A DNA stretch of 63,640 nt, filler included, from Olpidium bornovanus S191 (lineage: Eukaryota; Fungi; Olpidiomycota): the NCBI GenBank assembly GCA_017911155.1. It is 29 parts of 29 records of this genome, joined end to end, with 100 filler letters (N's around TTAATTAATTAA, not from the genome) between each part and the next. Parts side by side here need not be neighbours in the genome. Positions count along the whole stretch, not along the records: positions 10,180 to 12,155 come from JAEFCI010012743.1; positions 12,256 to 14,259 come from JAEFCI010012190.1; positions 14,360 to 16,218 come from JAEFCI010013146.1; positions 16,319 to 17,821 come from JAEFCI010013145.1; positions 17,922 to 19,007 come from JAEFCI010003925.1; positions 19,108 to 20,395 come from JAEFCI010001795.1; positions 20,496 to 21,760 come from JAEFCI010001136.1; positions 21,861 to 23,221 come from JAEFCI010012761.1; 21 more parts are not named here. One strand, 5' to 3'. The notes beneath the pieces were generated by a model. The model saw only the letters and a list, made by a program, of their open reading frames with translations. It was not told where the DNA came from and ran no database searches. The position numbers were made by a program, and so were the translations under genes. Position 1 is the stretch's first letter, and each line of letters opens with the position of its first letter. Below are positions 10,180 through 23,321 of the stretch, in pieces.

Positions 10180-12080
10180 ACTGATGGCAAGAGGTATTTT
10201 ACCTGGGACGCGGACAAGTTTCCGGAGCCTGCCAAGATGCTGGATGCCCTTAACCGCAAGGGACGGAAGGTTGGTTTGTCTGTAAATCAATTTGCCATGC
10301 GGGAACAGGGCACGTATTGGAAAGGAGCGCATAAGGCTGTTCGAGCCCTCATCAATACGAATACGATTTTCTTTCGTACTGTGATCAACGACGCATCCCC
10401 TTTGGAGATAGTTGGTAACCATCGTCGACCCACACGTCAAGCGTGACAACGAGTACCACGTGTACTCCGACGCTAGGTCCAAGGACCTGTTTGTGAAGAC
10501 GAAGGAGGGCAAGGAGTTCGAGGGATCGTGTTGGCCTGGAAGCTCGTGTTGGCTCGACTGCACGAACCCAGCCGCCAGGGAATGGCTGGCAAACAACTTC
10601 GTGGAGTACATTGCGGGAAAAACGAACCTTTTTACGTGGAATGACATGAATGAGGTACGGTGAAAAGGTCTGATTTTTGCATTTCGAAAAGTCAGCCGGT
10701 TCGGCTTTCCGGTGCGCAGGAAGCCATGCAGTTTTCAGTGTCCCGCATTCTTTTTCAGCCCTCTGTGTTTAGCGGCCCGGAAATCACCATGCCCAAAGAT
10801 GTTATTCATTTTAACGGCGTCGAGCATCGTGACGTGCACAACTTATTCGGGCAGCTCTTCGTGAGTGTATCGGTCGGTGGAGCTTGTCGTGGCGAGGCGC
10901 CGGTTCGCGTGTTGCCTCATTAATACCGGCTGGCCCCCAGCACCAAGCCACGCACGACGGCCTCGTGGCCGGGAGGGATCCCCCCCGTCGCTCATTTGTC
11001 CTCTCGCGAGCGTTCTTCGCGGGCAGCCAGCGATGGGGCGCGATCTGGACCGGGGACAATTTTGCGCGGTGGGAACACCTAGCCGCGTCCGCACCGATGA
11101 TCCTCTCCGTCGGTATCGCGGGTTTACCTTTTGCCGGAGGTGGGCGCGCGACGTTCAGAACCTGCCGAAAACTCTTCGGGCAGGCGCGGTGCGGTTCCTG
11201 TAACCGTTCGTCCTAATGCTTTGATCTCGCCATGCGCTCCAAGCCGACGTCGGCGGGTATTTCGGCGACCCGGAGAACGAACTCCTCGTCCGCTGGTACC
11301 AGGCCGGTGTCTTCCAGCCTTTCTTCCGCGCCCACGCGCACATCGATACGAAGCGCCGAGAGCCGTGGCTGCTTGGCGAACCTTACACCTCTCAGATCCG
11401 AGCCGCCGTTCGCGCGCGCTACGTTTTACTGCCGCTCTGGTACACGCTCTTTTGGAAAGCAAGCGTCACCGGCGTGCCCGTCATGAGGTACGAATAAGAC
11501 GCGGGTGTGGGGTGGGGGTGGGGGTGGGGTGAGTGGGTGGGTGCGATGGTCGTCTCGTTTAGGACGAATTGCGCGACGGCTTACGGAACGGCGAAAATCT
11601 GCTCCAGGCCCATGTTTATGGAGTTCCCTGACGACGAGTCGATGTTCGCGGTCGACGACCAGTGGATGGTCGGAGAATCTCTCTGCGTCAAGCCGGTCGT
11701 GAGCCAGGGGGCGACAACCGTCGAAATACTGCTGCCCGGGCCGGAGGTACGTCGGCCATCATCTTAAAGCAACTGCGCGGGCCTTCCTCCTTCCACCCCC
11801 GCCTCCCTCCCGGCCCTTAGTATCCTCACAAACTCCACTAAATTGCAAGCTCGTCCTATCTTGCTTGGCCGTCCCGTTTTAACCTTGCATGCAGACGTGG
11901 TACGACTACTTCACTTTCCAGCCGTATCAAGGCCCGAAGGCCACGGTGGCCACGCCGCTTCAAAAGATTCCGGTGTTCATGCGCGGGGGGACCGCCATCC
12001 CCCGCCGCGAGCGCTTCAGGAGGTCCTCCGACGCCATGCGGCTCGACCCGATCACCTGGGTCGTCGCCCTGGACAGCAAG
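10180..12080 (+). CDS. GANAB: Glucosidase II alpha subunit (GH31), partial, multi-exon
   Basis: Exons encode [20 protein letters not shown]...CWPG...WNDMNE|[14 protein letters not shown]...[41 protein letters not shown]...[26 protein letters not shown] and IPVFMRGG...[12 protein letters not shown] introns. Confidence 0.95.
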
Positions 12081-12255
12081 GTAAGACATATATGTCGGCT
12101 TGTGCGGCACAGGCCCATTCCCCTGGCTCACAGGGGAACTCGGGCTCGTCGAGACNNNNNNNNNNNNNNNNNNNNNNNNNNNNNNNNNNNNNNNNNNNNT
12201 TAATTAATTAANNNNNNNNNNNNNNNNNNNNNNNNNNNNNNNNNNNNNNNNNNNN

Positions 12256-12317
<62 letters not shown>

Positions 12318-12699
12318 CGGCGGGGGGGGGGCGGGGGGGGGGGGCGGCGGGGGGGGGGGGGGGAGGGGTGGAGAGGACAATTCCACGGGATGGTTAAAGG
12401 CACAAGTTGCGCACTCGCCGAAAACTAGCAAGAAATGCATTTTTTTTTCGCTTGTCAATTCTGCCGTTGGCTTCACGGTCGCGTTCGAACGGTCGGCACA
12501 AGCGGAGTTCCTGAGAAAAAGCACAGCGCCATCGAAGAACGTTGTTGGCCCGCCCTACACAAGAGGCCTCCCGCTGTGTTTCTGGGGGACGATCGTCTCT
12601 GCTGTTGCATTCCTCTGCAATAGGAAGAGGATTACAACGGTGCTAAAAAAAAAATTGGCTTACTGGCCTGCAGGATCGGATGCCTGGGTCGCGGCTCAA

Positions 12700-14259
12700 T
12701 TTGGGTGCATATTTTGCAATACGGTTCGGAACTCAGCGTGACTTGTGTGAAAGCTTCCGGCGGGCGCTCGCCCAAGGGTGAGGGGTAGCGGCACAGGGGA
12801 AAATACCCCACTTGTCGACCTTCCAGGCGTTTTTCGAGGTTTTCGAGGCCTTATTCGACTCGCCTGGAACCGCTACCAGCCTCCGCAGACACCGTTCGGG
12901 GGCCCTGCAAGCTCCCGCACGCAAAACCGGGATCAACAGGGAGCCGGTCTCAGGTAATGAACGGGCTGGTATGCACACAAGACGGATTAGAGCTTCCACC
13001 GCAGTTCGATCGTGGAACGATGTGCCAGATTCTGATCGACGAAAGTAAACACCCTGCAACTGCTCGGGTAACCAAGCGCCGCCACCTCCAGCACCCCAAC
13101 CAGGTGCGAAGTGAGAAATGGGTCGGCGAGTTGTTCGCGTCGAAGCCGGCCGCGCAAGGAAGGTTGCGTGACAGTCGGCGCATCTCCGGCGATGGCAGGG
13201 CCGTCGAAGGGACGGTCGGCAGCGATGTCGGGGGGAGTCTCCGAGGGGTAATGGCGAACAGACTCGGCAGAGCGGGCGACCGGGGCGATGGCGAAAGGAG
13301 CCGTCGGGTCAGCGGGGCCGATGCCGACGGCGTAAAGGACGTCGCCTCGGTCAAAGGCGTTTTCGAACGCGTCAACATCGTCGGTTAAGCACAGGAAGGG
13401 GGGCATCGAGAGAGAGCAGGCGCCGGCGTTGGCATTCGCCGTGCCCTGTCCGGCGTTTAATCGAGAATCGAATTCGGCGATTCGAAAGCGACCCGACGAG
13501 AGATGCGACCTTTCTTAGCCGACAGCATCCGTTGGAGCTACCGATGATCTGTTTCAACGGTGAACGGATCACCGAGCAAGTACGGGCGGAATTGATCGCA
13601 CGCCCAAACGATAGCGAGAGCCTCCTTCTCCTGAGTCGTGTATTTGACTTCAGCAGGAGTAAGCGCACGGAAAGCGTAAGCGAAGACGCGACCGTGTCCG
13701 TCAGGTGCGGCTTGGGGGGACGGTACCAACGCCAGCGTCAGACACGCCGGTCTGCAGCGCAAAACGGAATTCACGCAAAAATCGGGCAAGTTGAAGGACG
13801 GGTGCACTGGTGAGACGGGTCTTCAAGACGGCGTCGAGACGGCTAGCTTCAAGGCAATGGCAGCACTCCCGATCCACAGATCCGGTCCACGCGGAAGCGT
13901 CCTCCTTCAGGAACCACGCTGCGCACAGGGGGGGGGTGGCTGACTGGGGCGGTTGGGCCAACGAGATCAAGAGCAAACCGCCTTTTTCGGGTAATTTATG
14001 CCGGTACCAAATATGCCGGGAACGCCAGGGTAACCTTGGCACAACGGAGTTGACGGCGAACGACGATATGTACATCGCTCCGTCTCCGCCGCACCGACGT
14101 CGAATACCCCCCGACTGTCCAACGGACATCCCGTAACGGCCATGACGCCGTCGTGCGGCGCGAGCGTTTCTGCCGGTGCCGGCTGCGATGCCATCAAAAC
14201 GGGCGCAGAGCTTGGGCGCAGGTTGTGCCGAAATTCGAAATCGGCCGTGCCAATCATCC
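12700..14259 (-). mobile_element. Degenerate Ty3/gypsy pol (RT end, RNase H, start of integrase)
   Basis: [13 protein letters not shown]...[15 protein letters not shown]; [49 protein letters not shown]; LRREQLADPFL. Multiple frameshifts. Confidence 0.88.
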
Positions 14260-14359
14260 NNNNNNNNNNNNNNNNNNNNNNNNNNNNNNNNNNNNNNNNN
14301 NNNTTAATTAATTAANNNNNNNNNNNNNNNNNNNNNNNNNNNNNNNNNNNNNNNNNNNN

Positions 14360-14980
14360 AGGGGTTCAGGGGTGTGCTCCGCCACCTCTTTGGCGGAAAC
14401 CAGGATTCCGCAGCCGAGATGCGATTCCCGCAATTCGCACGCTCCCGTCCGGCATCCGCATTGTGCGGTTTTGCCTTCTGCGGCGCTGTTGCTGCATTTG
14501 CCGTCGGTCATTTCTTGGTGGCATCGGGTCACGTGGGAAAATTTCAACACGAAGAGTCGCGACTATTTCATGAAGCCGCACGTCATACTCACCAATGGAC
14601 GAGAAGTCCAGTGCCTGCAAATTCAACCAATCGTGCCGTGCCTGCGGCAGCAGCATGACTCTTTGCTTGTCAAATCGCGCTTTGAGCGCACCCCACAGGG
14701 CAACGGGGTCCTCCTCAAGGACATAGTGAGCTTGAAGTTTGGGGTCCAAGTGATGAACCAGCAAATTCAGAGCACGCGCCCGCTGGGCAGGCGTGCATGA
14801 CGACGCGGCCTGGTAAGCCGCAGCTGTTCCAGGAATGGCGACGGCCGCGTCCACTTCCAGTGCCACCAGGTGAGACTTGGCGTGCATTGCCCATGATAAA
14901 TAATTCCCGCCATCGGCTGCGAGAGCCGGGAACTGGAGGGGGGCGAGGGAAGACCGCGCGGGAGAGGGCACGTGAGCCAT
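14360..14980 (-). mobile_element. Ty1/copia gag ORF, plant Bianca-like; runs off the contig end
   Basis: LQFPALAADGGNYLSWAMHAKSHL...RARALNLLVHHLDPKLQAHYVLEEDPVALWGALKARFDKQRVMLLPQARHDWLNLQALDFSSIGEY. This aligns by eye with the plant consensus LEFVALDISGKNYLSWVLDAEIHL...KAMIFLRHHL...DPL.LW..LKERYDHQK..LP.AR.EW..LRLQDFKSVSEY. Confidence 0.85.
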
Positions 14981-15396
14981 CGCAACGGCTGCAGGGGCAG
15001 ATGCGCGAGGAACAGGGAGCAAGCAAAAACCGAGGGCGACGCAGCAGATTGCTCAGCAAGTGAGCAGGGGGGACCACGGGGCGGAGCTTGTCGGGCAAAA
15101 ACTTCTCAGCGACGAGGGGCACGGAAGCTACTCGGTGGCAGGGACGCAGAAGCTTGGCGGAGGTGGCACGGTGTGGCGGCGGCGGCTGCGTGATGCGGTG
15201 GCGCTCGGCGGCGTGATGCGGTGGCGCTCGGCGGAGGCGCTCACGGCGGAGGTGGTGCGGTGGCGGCGAAGCGGCGGTGGCAAAGCGGCGACGAAGCGGC
15301 GGCGGCGAAGGCGAAGGCAAAGCGAAGTGAAGGCGCGAAGATGGCGTCTCGGCAGACGAACGACGGGAGAGAGAGCAAAGCTACGGGAACCGGCAA

Positions 15397-15410
15397 TGGT
15401 GCTGATAACG
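15397..15410 (-). promoter_or_regulatory. Primer-binding site complementary to tRNA-Ile nt 27-40 (half-molecule priming)
   Basis: Minus strand CGTTATCAGCACCA directly follows an LTR-like ...TTACA end. Its complement TGGTG-CT-GAT-AA-CG equals a eukaryotic tRNA-Ile(IAU) anticodon arm with I34 read as G. Confidence 0.7.
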
Positions 15411-15541
15411 TGTAACAAAAGGCTTCTTCTTCTTTCCTTTGTTTGCGACCAGTGGGGAGGCCTGCTTCCACAGGTCTCACCCAGAGGGATGCATCTTTGC
15501 TGGACACGAAACCCGTAGAGCGCATCATACGGTTCACAACA
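15411..15541 (-). mobile_element. Putative 5' LTR of the copia element (131 bp, TGT...ACA)
   Basis: Minus strand begins TGTTGTGAAC and ends TTGTTACA directly before the PBS. The 5' boundary is inferred from the TG/CA termini only; no second LTR is in the window. Confidence 0.5.
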
Positions 15542-16547
15542 GGATTGGCGGGCTTTTTCTAGTATTAATTTTTTTTATTTTTTTTTATTTTTTTTATTTT
15601 TTTTTATTTTTTTTTTGAAAACGGCCGATACCGTCCCAGCGGGGGGGAATCACAGCTGTACAAGATTCTATCTGACGCGCGACCGAGCCCGAAGGGCACG
15701 GTCGTTCACAGGATATCTGATTTGCGACCGGACCCCGGGGGCTACGGGCCGTTCACAGGGCCCGGCCTGTCATCCATCTTTTGACTGTGATCTTATCTGC
15801 CCGATGCTGTTCTCTTCGAAACTGCGTGAGGGCATGTCCGCATATGCGATATCGCATTCGCCTGCGCAGTGCTACTCGCCGCACTTCTGCGTTCATGGCG
15901 GTGCCCGAAGTCTCTCCAGCTTGGGCGAGGTGCATGACAGCCGACGGCATGTGGACGGCGTGAAACGCGAGCAGACGACGAGCATTCGTTTGGCGAATGC
16001 TTGAAGATTGCGAAGCAAACGGATTGCAGGTTTAAACCGTTCGTGACTTCACGTCTTCCCAGGAAGTTCACATCCCTGCTGTAGATTTTCCAACTGCATT
16101 GTGCTGCAGGGCTTGTCGGCAAAACGGGAAAAAGACCACTGCTTCCTGTGGCACGAGTAGGTGTTCTTCTCTGCGGACCTTGAATTGTGGAGTGCAAACA
16201 ACCGGCGCGAAGGGCATGNNNNNNNNNNNNNNNNNNNNNNNNNNNNNNNNNNNNNNNNNNNNTTAATTAATTAANNNNNNNNNNNNNNNNNNNNNNNNNN
16301 NNNNNNNNNNNNNNNNNNCCCCCCCCCGGGGCGGGTTGCGGCCCCCCCCCCCCCCCCCCCCCCCCCCCACGCTGTTGCGTTCCCCGCCGCGATTCGCGGT
16401 CGCGCCGCTGTGGCCGGCTTGCCGGTTCGCCCTTAAAGAGCCCGCGGCCGGGGGCTACACCGGCCTCCGGCTTCTGTCTTGCCGGTTTGAGAGGGGGTCG
16501 GCAGCCGGCTTTTCTAAAGCATTTTTTGGGACTCAAACCTTACATAG

Positions 16548-17747
16548 TCATTCGAGCGTCGCTTCCTATTGGGAGGATTCGGGAGTTTTACCTGCGCAAA
16601 GTACGTGCTGTGTGTGGTAGCGGTCGCTAGGCCGGCACTCGCTGGCAGCTAACCCTCCGTGCCTGTTCCACCCGCCAGGTCCGATTTACTGCCGATTCGT
16701 TTGAGGAGAGGTTCAAAATGATACTGGAGGAGTTCCCGAAAATCGAGGTCGGCACCCGCCGCTACTGAGGCGAAATATGTCGTCGCGCGAACGAGGCGCG
16801 CCCCACTTCCGGGCCAAAAGAAGAACCTGACGCCGTCTTTATTTGAACAGGATGTCCACCCGTTTTACGGAGACCTCATGAACGTCCTGTACGACAAGGA
16901 CCACTACAAACTTGCGCTCGGCCAAGTAAACACTGCCCGCCACCTTGTCGAGCAAATATCTAAAGACTACCTTCGGTTAATCAAGTTCGGCGATTCGCTG
17001 TACCGGTGCAAGCAGCTGAAACGCGCGGCGCTGGGGCGCATGGCTACGGTGATGAAGCGCCAAAAAGACAGTTTGGCGTATCTGGAACAGGTGCGGCAGC
17101 ATCTCGCCCGCCTGCCGTCCATCGACCCGAACACCCGGACCCTCATTATTTGCGGGTACCCGAACGTCGGCAAGAGTTCCTTTATGAACAAGGTCACCCG
17201 CGCAGACGTGGACGTGCAGCCGTACGCGTTCACGACCAAGTCGCTTTTCGTGGGCCACCTGGACTACAAGTACATTCGGTGGCAGGTGATAGACACCCCC
17301 GGCGTGTTGGACCACCCCCTTGAGCAGCGCAACACCATCGAGATGCAGTCCATTACCGCGCTGGCCCACCTGCGGGCGTGCATCATGTTTTTTGTAGACC
17401 TCTCCGAGGCCTGCGGGTACAGTATCGCCGACCAGGTCAACTTGTTCAACAGCATCAAGCCCCTGTTCGCGAACAAGCCTACCATGCTTGTCATAAACAA
17501 GATTGATGCCATGCGTCTCGACCAGGTCGAACCCGAGCAGCGCGCGTTTATTGACAGCATAACCGCCAGCGGCGAAGTCAAGCTGGCGATGCTCAGCTGC
17601 CACACCGAGGAGGGCGTCATGGACGTCCGCAGCGCAGCCTGTGACATGCTGCTGCAGGCTCGCGTGGAGATGAAAATGAAGGGCAACAAGATCAATGACG
17701 TCATGAACCGGCTGCATCTCACCCTACCGAAGCCGCGCGACGAGAAG
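16548..17747 (+). CDS. NOG1: Nucleolar GTP-binding protein 1, partial, multi-exon
   Basis: [11 protein letters not shown]|VRFT...FPKIE|[25 protein letters not shown]...[21 protein letters not shown]...[14 protein letters not shown]...DTPG...NKID. Confidence 0.97.
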
Positions 17748-19974
17748 GTAGTCATTTTTTGTTTTACAAGTCGCCTCGCACCTATCAGCCGCCGTCGTTT
17801 GTAACGTGGTAGCCTTATGCGNNNNNNNNNNNNNNNNNNNNNNNNNNNNNNNNNNNNNNNNNNNNTTAATTAATTAANNNNNNNNNNNNNNNNNNNNNNN
17901 NNNNNNNNNNNNNNNNNNNNNGCATGTTCGCAGGCGGTCGGGAGGGTGATGGCGCGTGATGTGGTGAATCCTTTGCACATCGATCAACCCGCCGGCCAGC
18001 CTTTCACAATGGTTCCCCTCGAAACTGTGTTATTGAGGACACGACGACTATCCGACGGATGCCGTGAATTCGAGCTGCCCGGGAAGGTCCACACCCGATG
18101 AGCCCACACCTGAATTACTAAACCGAGCCACCACCTGGCTAACGGCCCCGATGCCGCAAAATTATTTTTTTTTCGGGAGCTGGTTTCCGTTCCCCGCCAG
18201 TGGGAGGTTTTTTTTTTTCCCAGAAGAAATGAAAAAGTTCCGCTCGTCAAACGCTTCCCACGTGGTGCTTCCGGAGCGACGGTCTCTGGGGTGCAGGGCC
18301 TTGCAGAACCGGCCACGTTCGACATCCCGGCCTCGGACGCACACTAGCAGGCGTCGCATCCCGCTGTTAAGGCCGCGGGGGCGGGGCGGGCTGCAGCAAG
18401 TTAATTGTTATTTTTGCCCTTACAGTACGCGGTCGCCGGTACAGTGATCGAACGCGTTTTGTTTTTTTTTTTTTTTTTGGGGGGGGGGGGGGGGAGGGGG
18501 GGGGGGGGCGGGACGAGGTTAAGTGTTTTTTTTGCCCTTGCAGTGCGCGGGCGGCGGTGAGGTGATCGAACGGTTTTTGTTTTTTTTTTTTTTTTGGGGG
18601 GGGGGGATTGAAGGAATGCGGGTGACGTGGTTTTTTTTGATTTTTTTTTTTTTTTTTTTGGTTAGTCGGCTCAAAACGTGAAACCGGGAGCTTCCCCCCG
18701 TGGCACCCGCCTTTTTTCACATTGACGGCGGGAGGAGAGAATGGCCTCGAAAGGCGTGGGTTCGAATATCCAGGCAAGGAAAAAGAAAAATGGCGTTCCT
18801 CCGCGCATAGTTCCTGCTGGGCCGCTTAGAAAAGAGGGGCGGGGAGCGCAGGGGGAGGATGAAGGGGGGTGAGGGGGGGGGGGGAAGGGGCGGCGGGGGG
18901 GAAGAGGGGCGGGCCGAATTCATTCACCGGGTCGCCTCCTGCTCGCCCTTGACCGGCGGGATTCCCTCCTCGATCCCGTACATGTCCGGGCCGGCGTACG
19001 TGATGTANNNNNNNNNNNNNNNNNNNNNNNNNNNNNNNNNNNNNNNNNNNNTTAATTAATTAANNNNNNNNNNNNNNNNNNNNNNNNNNNNNNNNNNNNN
19101 NNNNNNNAGTGCACTTCAGCCGAAACAAAAAGGCATTCATTCACACTATTTGCCTGAAACAGCTGCCGCCGTACCCAGTGTGTTGAAGGGCGATGGATGA
19201 ACTCTGCGCTGTCCTCAGGAATGGCATGGAGGTCATGCTATGCTGTTGTTCGGGGAGAAGTTGCAACACTTTCACCCCATCGGGCCGATCCCCTGCAATA
19301 TAAAATGATCCATTCCACAAGCAAAGGCATGCACAACAGTTCAAAGAGGCCTTTTGCAGATTCCGGAACAGGCCTGCCTTAATCAAAGGCCATTTGCAAG
19401 CTTGCAGTTGCATCTTTCTTCAACGGTGCGGGACAACCGAGTTGCGCATAAATTGGACGAACTACGTTGTCATAGAAGTGCAAACGCAGTTGACGGCGGC
19501 TTCTTGATTTCCCACTATCAGGAAGTGTAGTGCAGCCTTGCGAAAAGCATCAGGTCCTTTGCTTGTTGTTTTCTCCGTTCCGCGTAAGGCAGCAAATGGA
19601 AACGGTCTGAGTAGCCAGGGAAGGAAGAATTCGTTGAGCAAGTTACGGTACGGTTCTTCTCTCTCTCTCTCTCTCTCTCCCACCAGCAACGGGTGTGTGT
19701 GTGGGTCTACAAGGCCAAGGGGAGGCAAGCCAAGTTAGATGGGGGGTAAAAAAAATTGATGAGCAGTTCCCGCCCGTCCGTCGAAAAACGACAAGTGGCG
19801 GCAAAAAGGTATCGCGCTGCCGCAGGTGGTATGTGCCGCACAGGGGCAACTTCTCCTCGTGGTCAGTAAGTTGTGGGGGGGGGGTATGCTGAAGTATGTA
19901 CAGGTTGAAAAAAAAAAAAAAGAAAAGGACGAGCCCGAGCAAAAAGGGACAAAAGAAAAGGAACAAGAAAGCGA

Positions 19975-20264
19975 CTAGCAAGTGTGCAGAGGGTCGCCCG
20001 CTGCGGTTTCGGGTTTCTGACGCCAGACGGCCAGTACCCTGTCCTCCTCCTCCATGGCGAGTTGGGTCAAGTTCCGCGCCTTGGCCCGCTCGTAGTAGAC
20101 GGGACAGTCCAGCGAGATGCACGGCACGTCCGGGATCCTGGGCAACGCCGAGCACGACGAGCACACGTCGAGCAGCGCGTTCAGCCGTCTCTCCCGCTTG
20201 GCAACGGTCTGGGCCATTAGCAAAAGCGCCTCCTGCGGCTGCGACTCGCACCTCGCGCAGAGCA
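19975..20264 (-). CDS. REV3: DNA polymerase zeta catalytic subunit, terminal exon (CysA/CysB metal-binding region)
   Basis: LCARC...ERRLNALLDVCSSC...VPCISLDCPVYYER is the B-family polymerase C-terminal cysteine cluster. The spacing fits REV3 better than Pol delta. An AG acceptor precedes it. Confidence 0.7.
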
Positions 20265-20556
20265 CTGGTCCGCGAATTGTCCCGCGCGGGGACCGGAAGA
20301 GCCGCGGCGACGTGAGCTTTGGCTGCGCGGGGGAGTCCTCAACGAGCGCAAAAAGCAGCAGGGGCGGGGGGGAGGGGAGGCCGCTGCAGCGCATGNNNNN
20401 NNNNNNNNNNNNNNNNNNNNNNNNNNNNNNNNNNNNNNNTTAATTAATTAANNNNNNNNNNNNNNNNNNNNNNNNNNNNNNNNNNNNNNNNNNNNACGCG
20501 CGGGAGAAAAAAAAAAAAAAAAAAAAAAAAACGCCACAGGAGACGGGGAAAGGAAG

Positions 20557-20592
<36 letters not shown>

Positions 20593-20625
20593 AGCGAAAC
20601 GAAAAAAGAAAAAAAAAAAGACTTT

Positions 20626-21160
20626 GCGAGGACAAGTTCCCCCGGCCATGGTCGAGGCCAGCGCGCAGGAAAAGACCCTGGCGGCGTTGGAGGAGCTGGT
20701 CAGAGGGCAGGCGGAACTGACCCAAAAGGTAGGTGGCCCATCTTCCCTTCCCCTCCCCCCACCCCGCACCCTGCACCCCGCACCCCGAGCGCAGCGCGCG
20801 CGCGTTGCCCTGCCGTTCGCCGCGTCCCCCTTCCCCAGAGTATTGCCGGCGGGAGGAAATTCATCGTCTATGCGATTCTTCCCTCCAAACCGACCCGCCT
20901 CCCGCTTTCACGCGCGTCACCGGCGTCTCTCCCCCCCCCCCTCCACCTCCGTTTCAAGGTCCTGTCGATTTGCGACGACTTGAAGAAGCTGCAGGCGAAG
21001 GTCGACGGCGGCAAAGGCGGCGGCACCGCTGCGCAGCAGACGTCGGGCAGCAGGTCGCGGAGACCGCCGTCGTCCGCCGGGAGCCGCTCCGACCTCGCCG
21101 GTGACGACGAAGACGCGCTCCCCGTCCCGTACCAGTCGGGAGCTGCCGCGGTTCTGGGTC
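20626..21160 (+). CDS. Hypothetical protein exons (about 20626-20729 and 20960-21160)
   Basis: A GT-AG-bounded in-frame pair: ...EKTLAALEELVRGQAELTQK|VLSICDDLKKLQAKVDGG. Coiled-coil-like; family not recognised. Confidence 0.35.
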
Positions 21161-23321
21161 GGTTTTTTCTTTCTTTCTTTTTTTTTTTTTTTTTTTTTGT
21201 TTTGCCCGGCCGAAGCACCGGGTGATTGGGCGATGAAGCCGGCGCTTGATCTTTTCCTGATGTAGCCTGGGGTTAGATATTTTTTGTGCTTTTTGTTCTT
21301 TGGTGTGTGTGCGTTTTTTTTTTCTTCTTTTGCGACTGTTTTTGTTTTTTCCTTGTCTTTTTTGTCGTTTTTTTTTTGATTTTTTTGCCTTTTTCTTTTG
21401 CAATTTTTTTTGGTTTTTTTTCCGTATTTTTTTTTTCTTTTGGGGGGTTTTTTTTTTGCCTTTTCGCCCTTTTTTTCCTTTTTTTTTCCCGTTTGAGCTC
21501 TTTTAATAGTTTTTCTTCTTCTTCTTTGTGCTTTTTTTAAAAAAAATTAATTTGTGTATTTAATTTCTTCTTTTTGTTTCTTTGCTATCGTGTGTTTTTC
21601 CCCCTTGCACCGGTCGAGACTTTACGAACTCTAACCGTCACCATGGATATTTCGATTTCGCGCTGTCCACCCAGGCGACGTCGCGGGAGCTCCCGCCGCC
21701 TCCCAGACTGCCGCAGAACCGTCGCTGCCCAGTTCGACGGAGCCGACGGCGTCACTTCAANNNNNNNNNNNNNNNNNNNNNNNNNNNNNNNNNNNNNNNN
21801 NNNNTTAATTAATTAANNNNNNNNNNNNNNNNNNNNNNNNNNNNNNNNNNNNNNNNNNNNCCTTTTTCTGTGCAGATTGCCGCGGTCACGCCCGCTGACG
21901 GCTGGTGCGGGAAGGCGGCTAACGGCCACAGGGACCTCGGAAGTAACCCCCCACGTGATCGGGTTGCGGAATTGAGCTGCGGTCACGTGTTCTGGCGAGC
22001 GCACTTGCTGCGCCGGATTGCGTGGCCGGCACGACCCCGCCGGCGCGTCTGTCTGGCAGGTTCACGTGCACGTGCTGTAGCACCGCGCGCAAAGCGCCTC
22101 TGACACGGTTATTGCCTAAGACCGACGGCGAAGCAGGTCACCCTATGACGCGGGCTGCCTAGGGCGACTTTGCAGCGTGCGGGACTCAGCTGCCAGCTAC
22201 GCAGCATTCGAAGTCGATCCAGCGACGAACGCAGTCGTGACGCAGTTTTTGATCGTTTTTGATCTTGATTTACGGCTTCTCGATTTCGGAGGCGACGGAA
22301 GCGTAGGCCAGGGCCTTTGGCACGTCGGCAGCACTATTGGCGAGCGCGCCACATTTACAGATAATAGTATTCTAAAAACAGGTTGCAGGAACTGAAATGC
22401 AACGGCACTGTATTAGAAATTGGTGACCGTCCTCCACCGCACGGCCCCGGGGCCGGACGGTGGCTGTTGGCGTGAATCGGTTGGCAAATTTGGGTTGAAA
22501 AAGATGCGAAGGATTCGCTTATGCACAGGCCCTGTGATTGCCGCAAATACCATGTTGGCCGGCTACTGTGCCCGCCTCTTGCCGGCCAGCAACAGGACGG
22601 ACCTCCGAGCCTGGCCTTCTTCACTGCGCATCGATGTCTGCCAGGAGGAATTGTCGCAGTTACCAGACGGATCTAGGCGGCGCTCCCGAGGCCCCGAAAG
22701 CGCGCAGCACGGGCCGCCATCAGGATTATGGCGGTGGTGGCGCCGGTGGTGTGGAGTCGGCGGCACTCGTCCCGTTACTGCCAATTTTGCAAAACGAGCG
22801 TACAGGGCGGCAGGATGTCGCGGGCGCGAATCCGGGCGTCTTTCCTGTAATCTTTTCTTAACTGCCCCAGACGGCGCTCGGCGGGCCGCGCGTCGGCAGG
22901 TTTCGAGAGTGGCCGCGCAAAAAGCGCGAGGACGCGCGAGAATTGAGCGGGTAAAACCGAGGCTGGGCGAGAGAGGAGAAAAATGGTGGAAACGGGGAGA
23001 AACAATACTTATGTTGTTGAATATCGAACCAAATACCTTAGTGTAGGTGATTGATTGTAGCATCATTAACGAATTCCGTTGTCAGTTTAGAGAAACGGTT
23101 CGGGGCCCCTGACAGATACCCGCCGAAGTACCGCGGGCCGTTGATGATGGGCATCGCGGGCGCATGCGCCCCGCGTGTCAATCGCGGCATTGGCTTCCCA
23201 GGATATCCTTCCCAGGCCCGCNNNNNNNNNNNNNNNNNNNNNNNNNNNNNNNNNNNNNNNNNNNNTTAATTAATTAANNNNNNNNNNNNNNNNNNNNNNN
23301 NNNNNNNNNNNNNNNNNNNNN

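Noticed and set aside
17922-19007. Exon-like pieces on the minus strand (YAGPDMYGIEEGIPP...), and similar unidentified pieces at 21861-23221, 45796-47036, 55087-55800 and 63170-63520
   Set aside because: No consistent spliced model or recognisable family could be supported from sequence alone.
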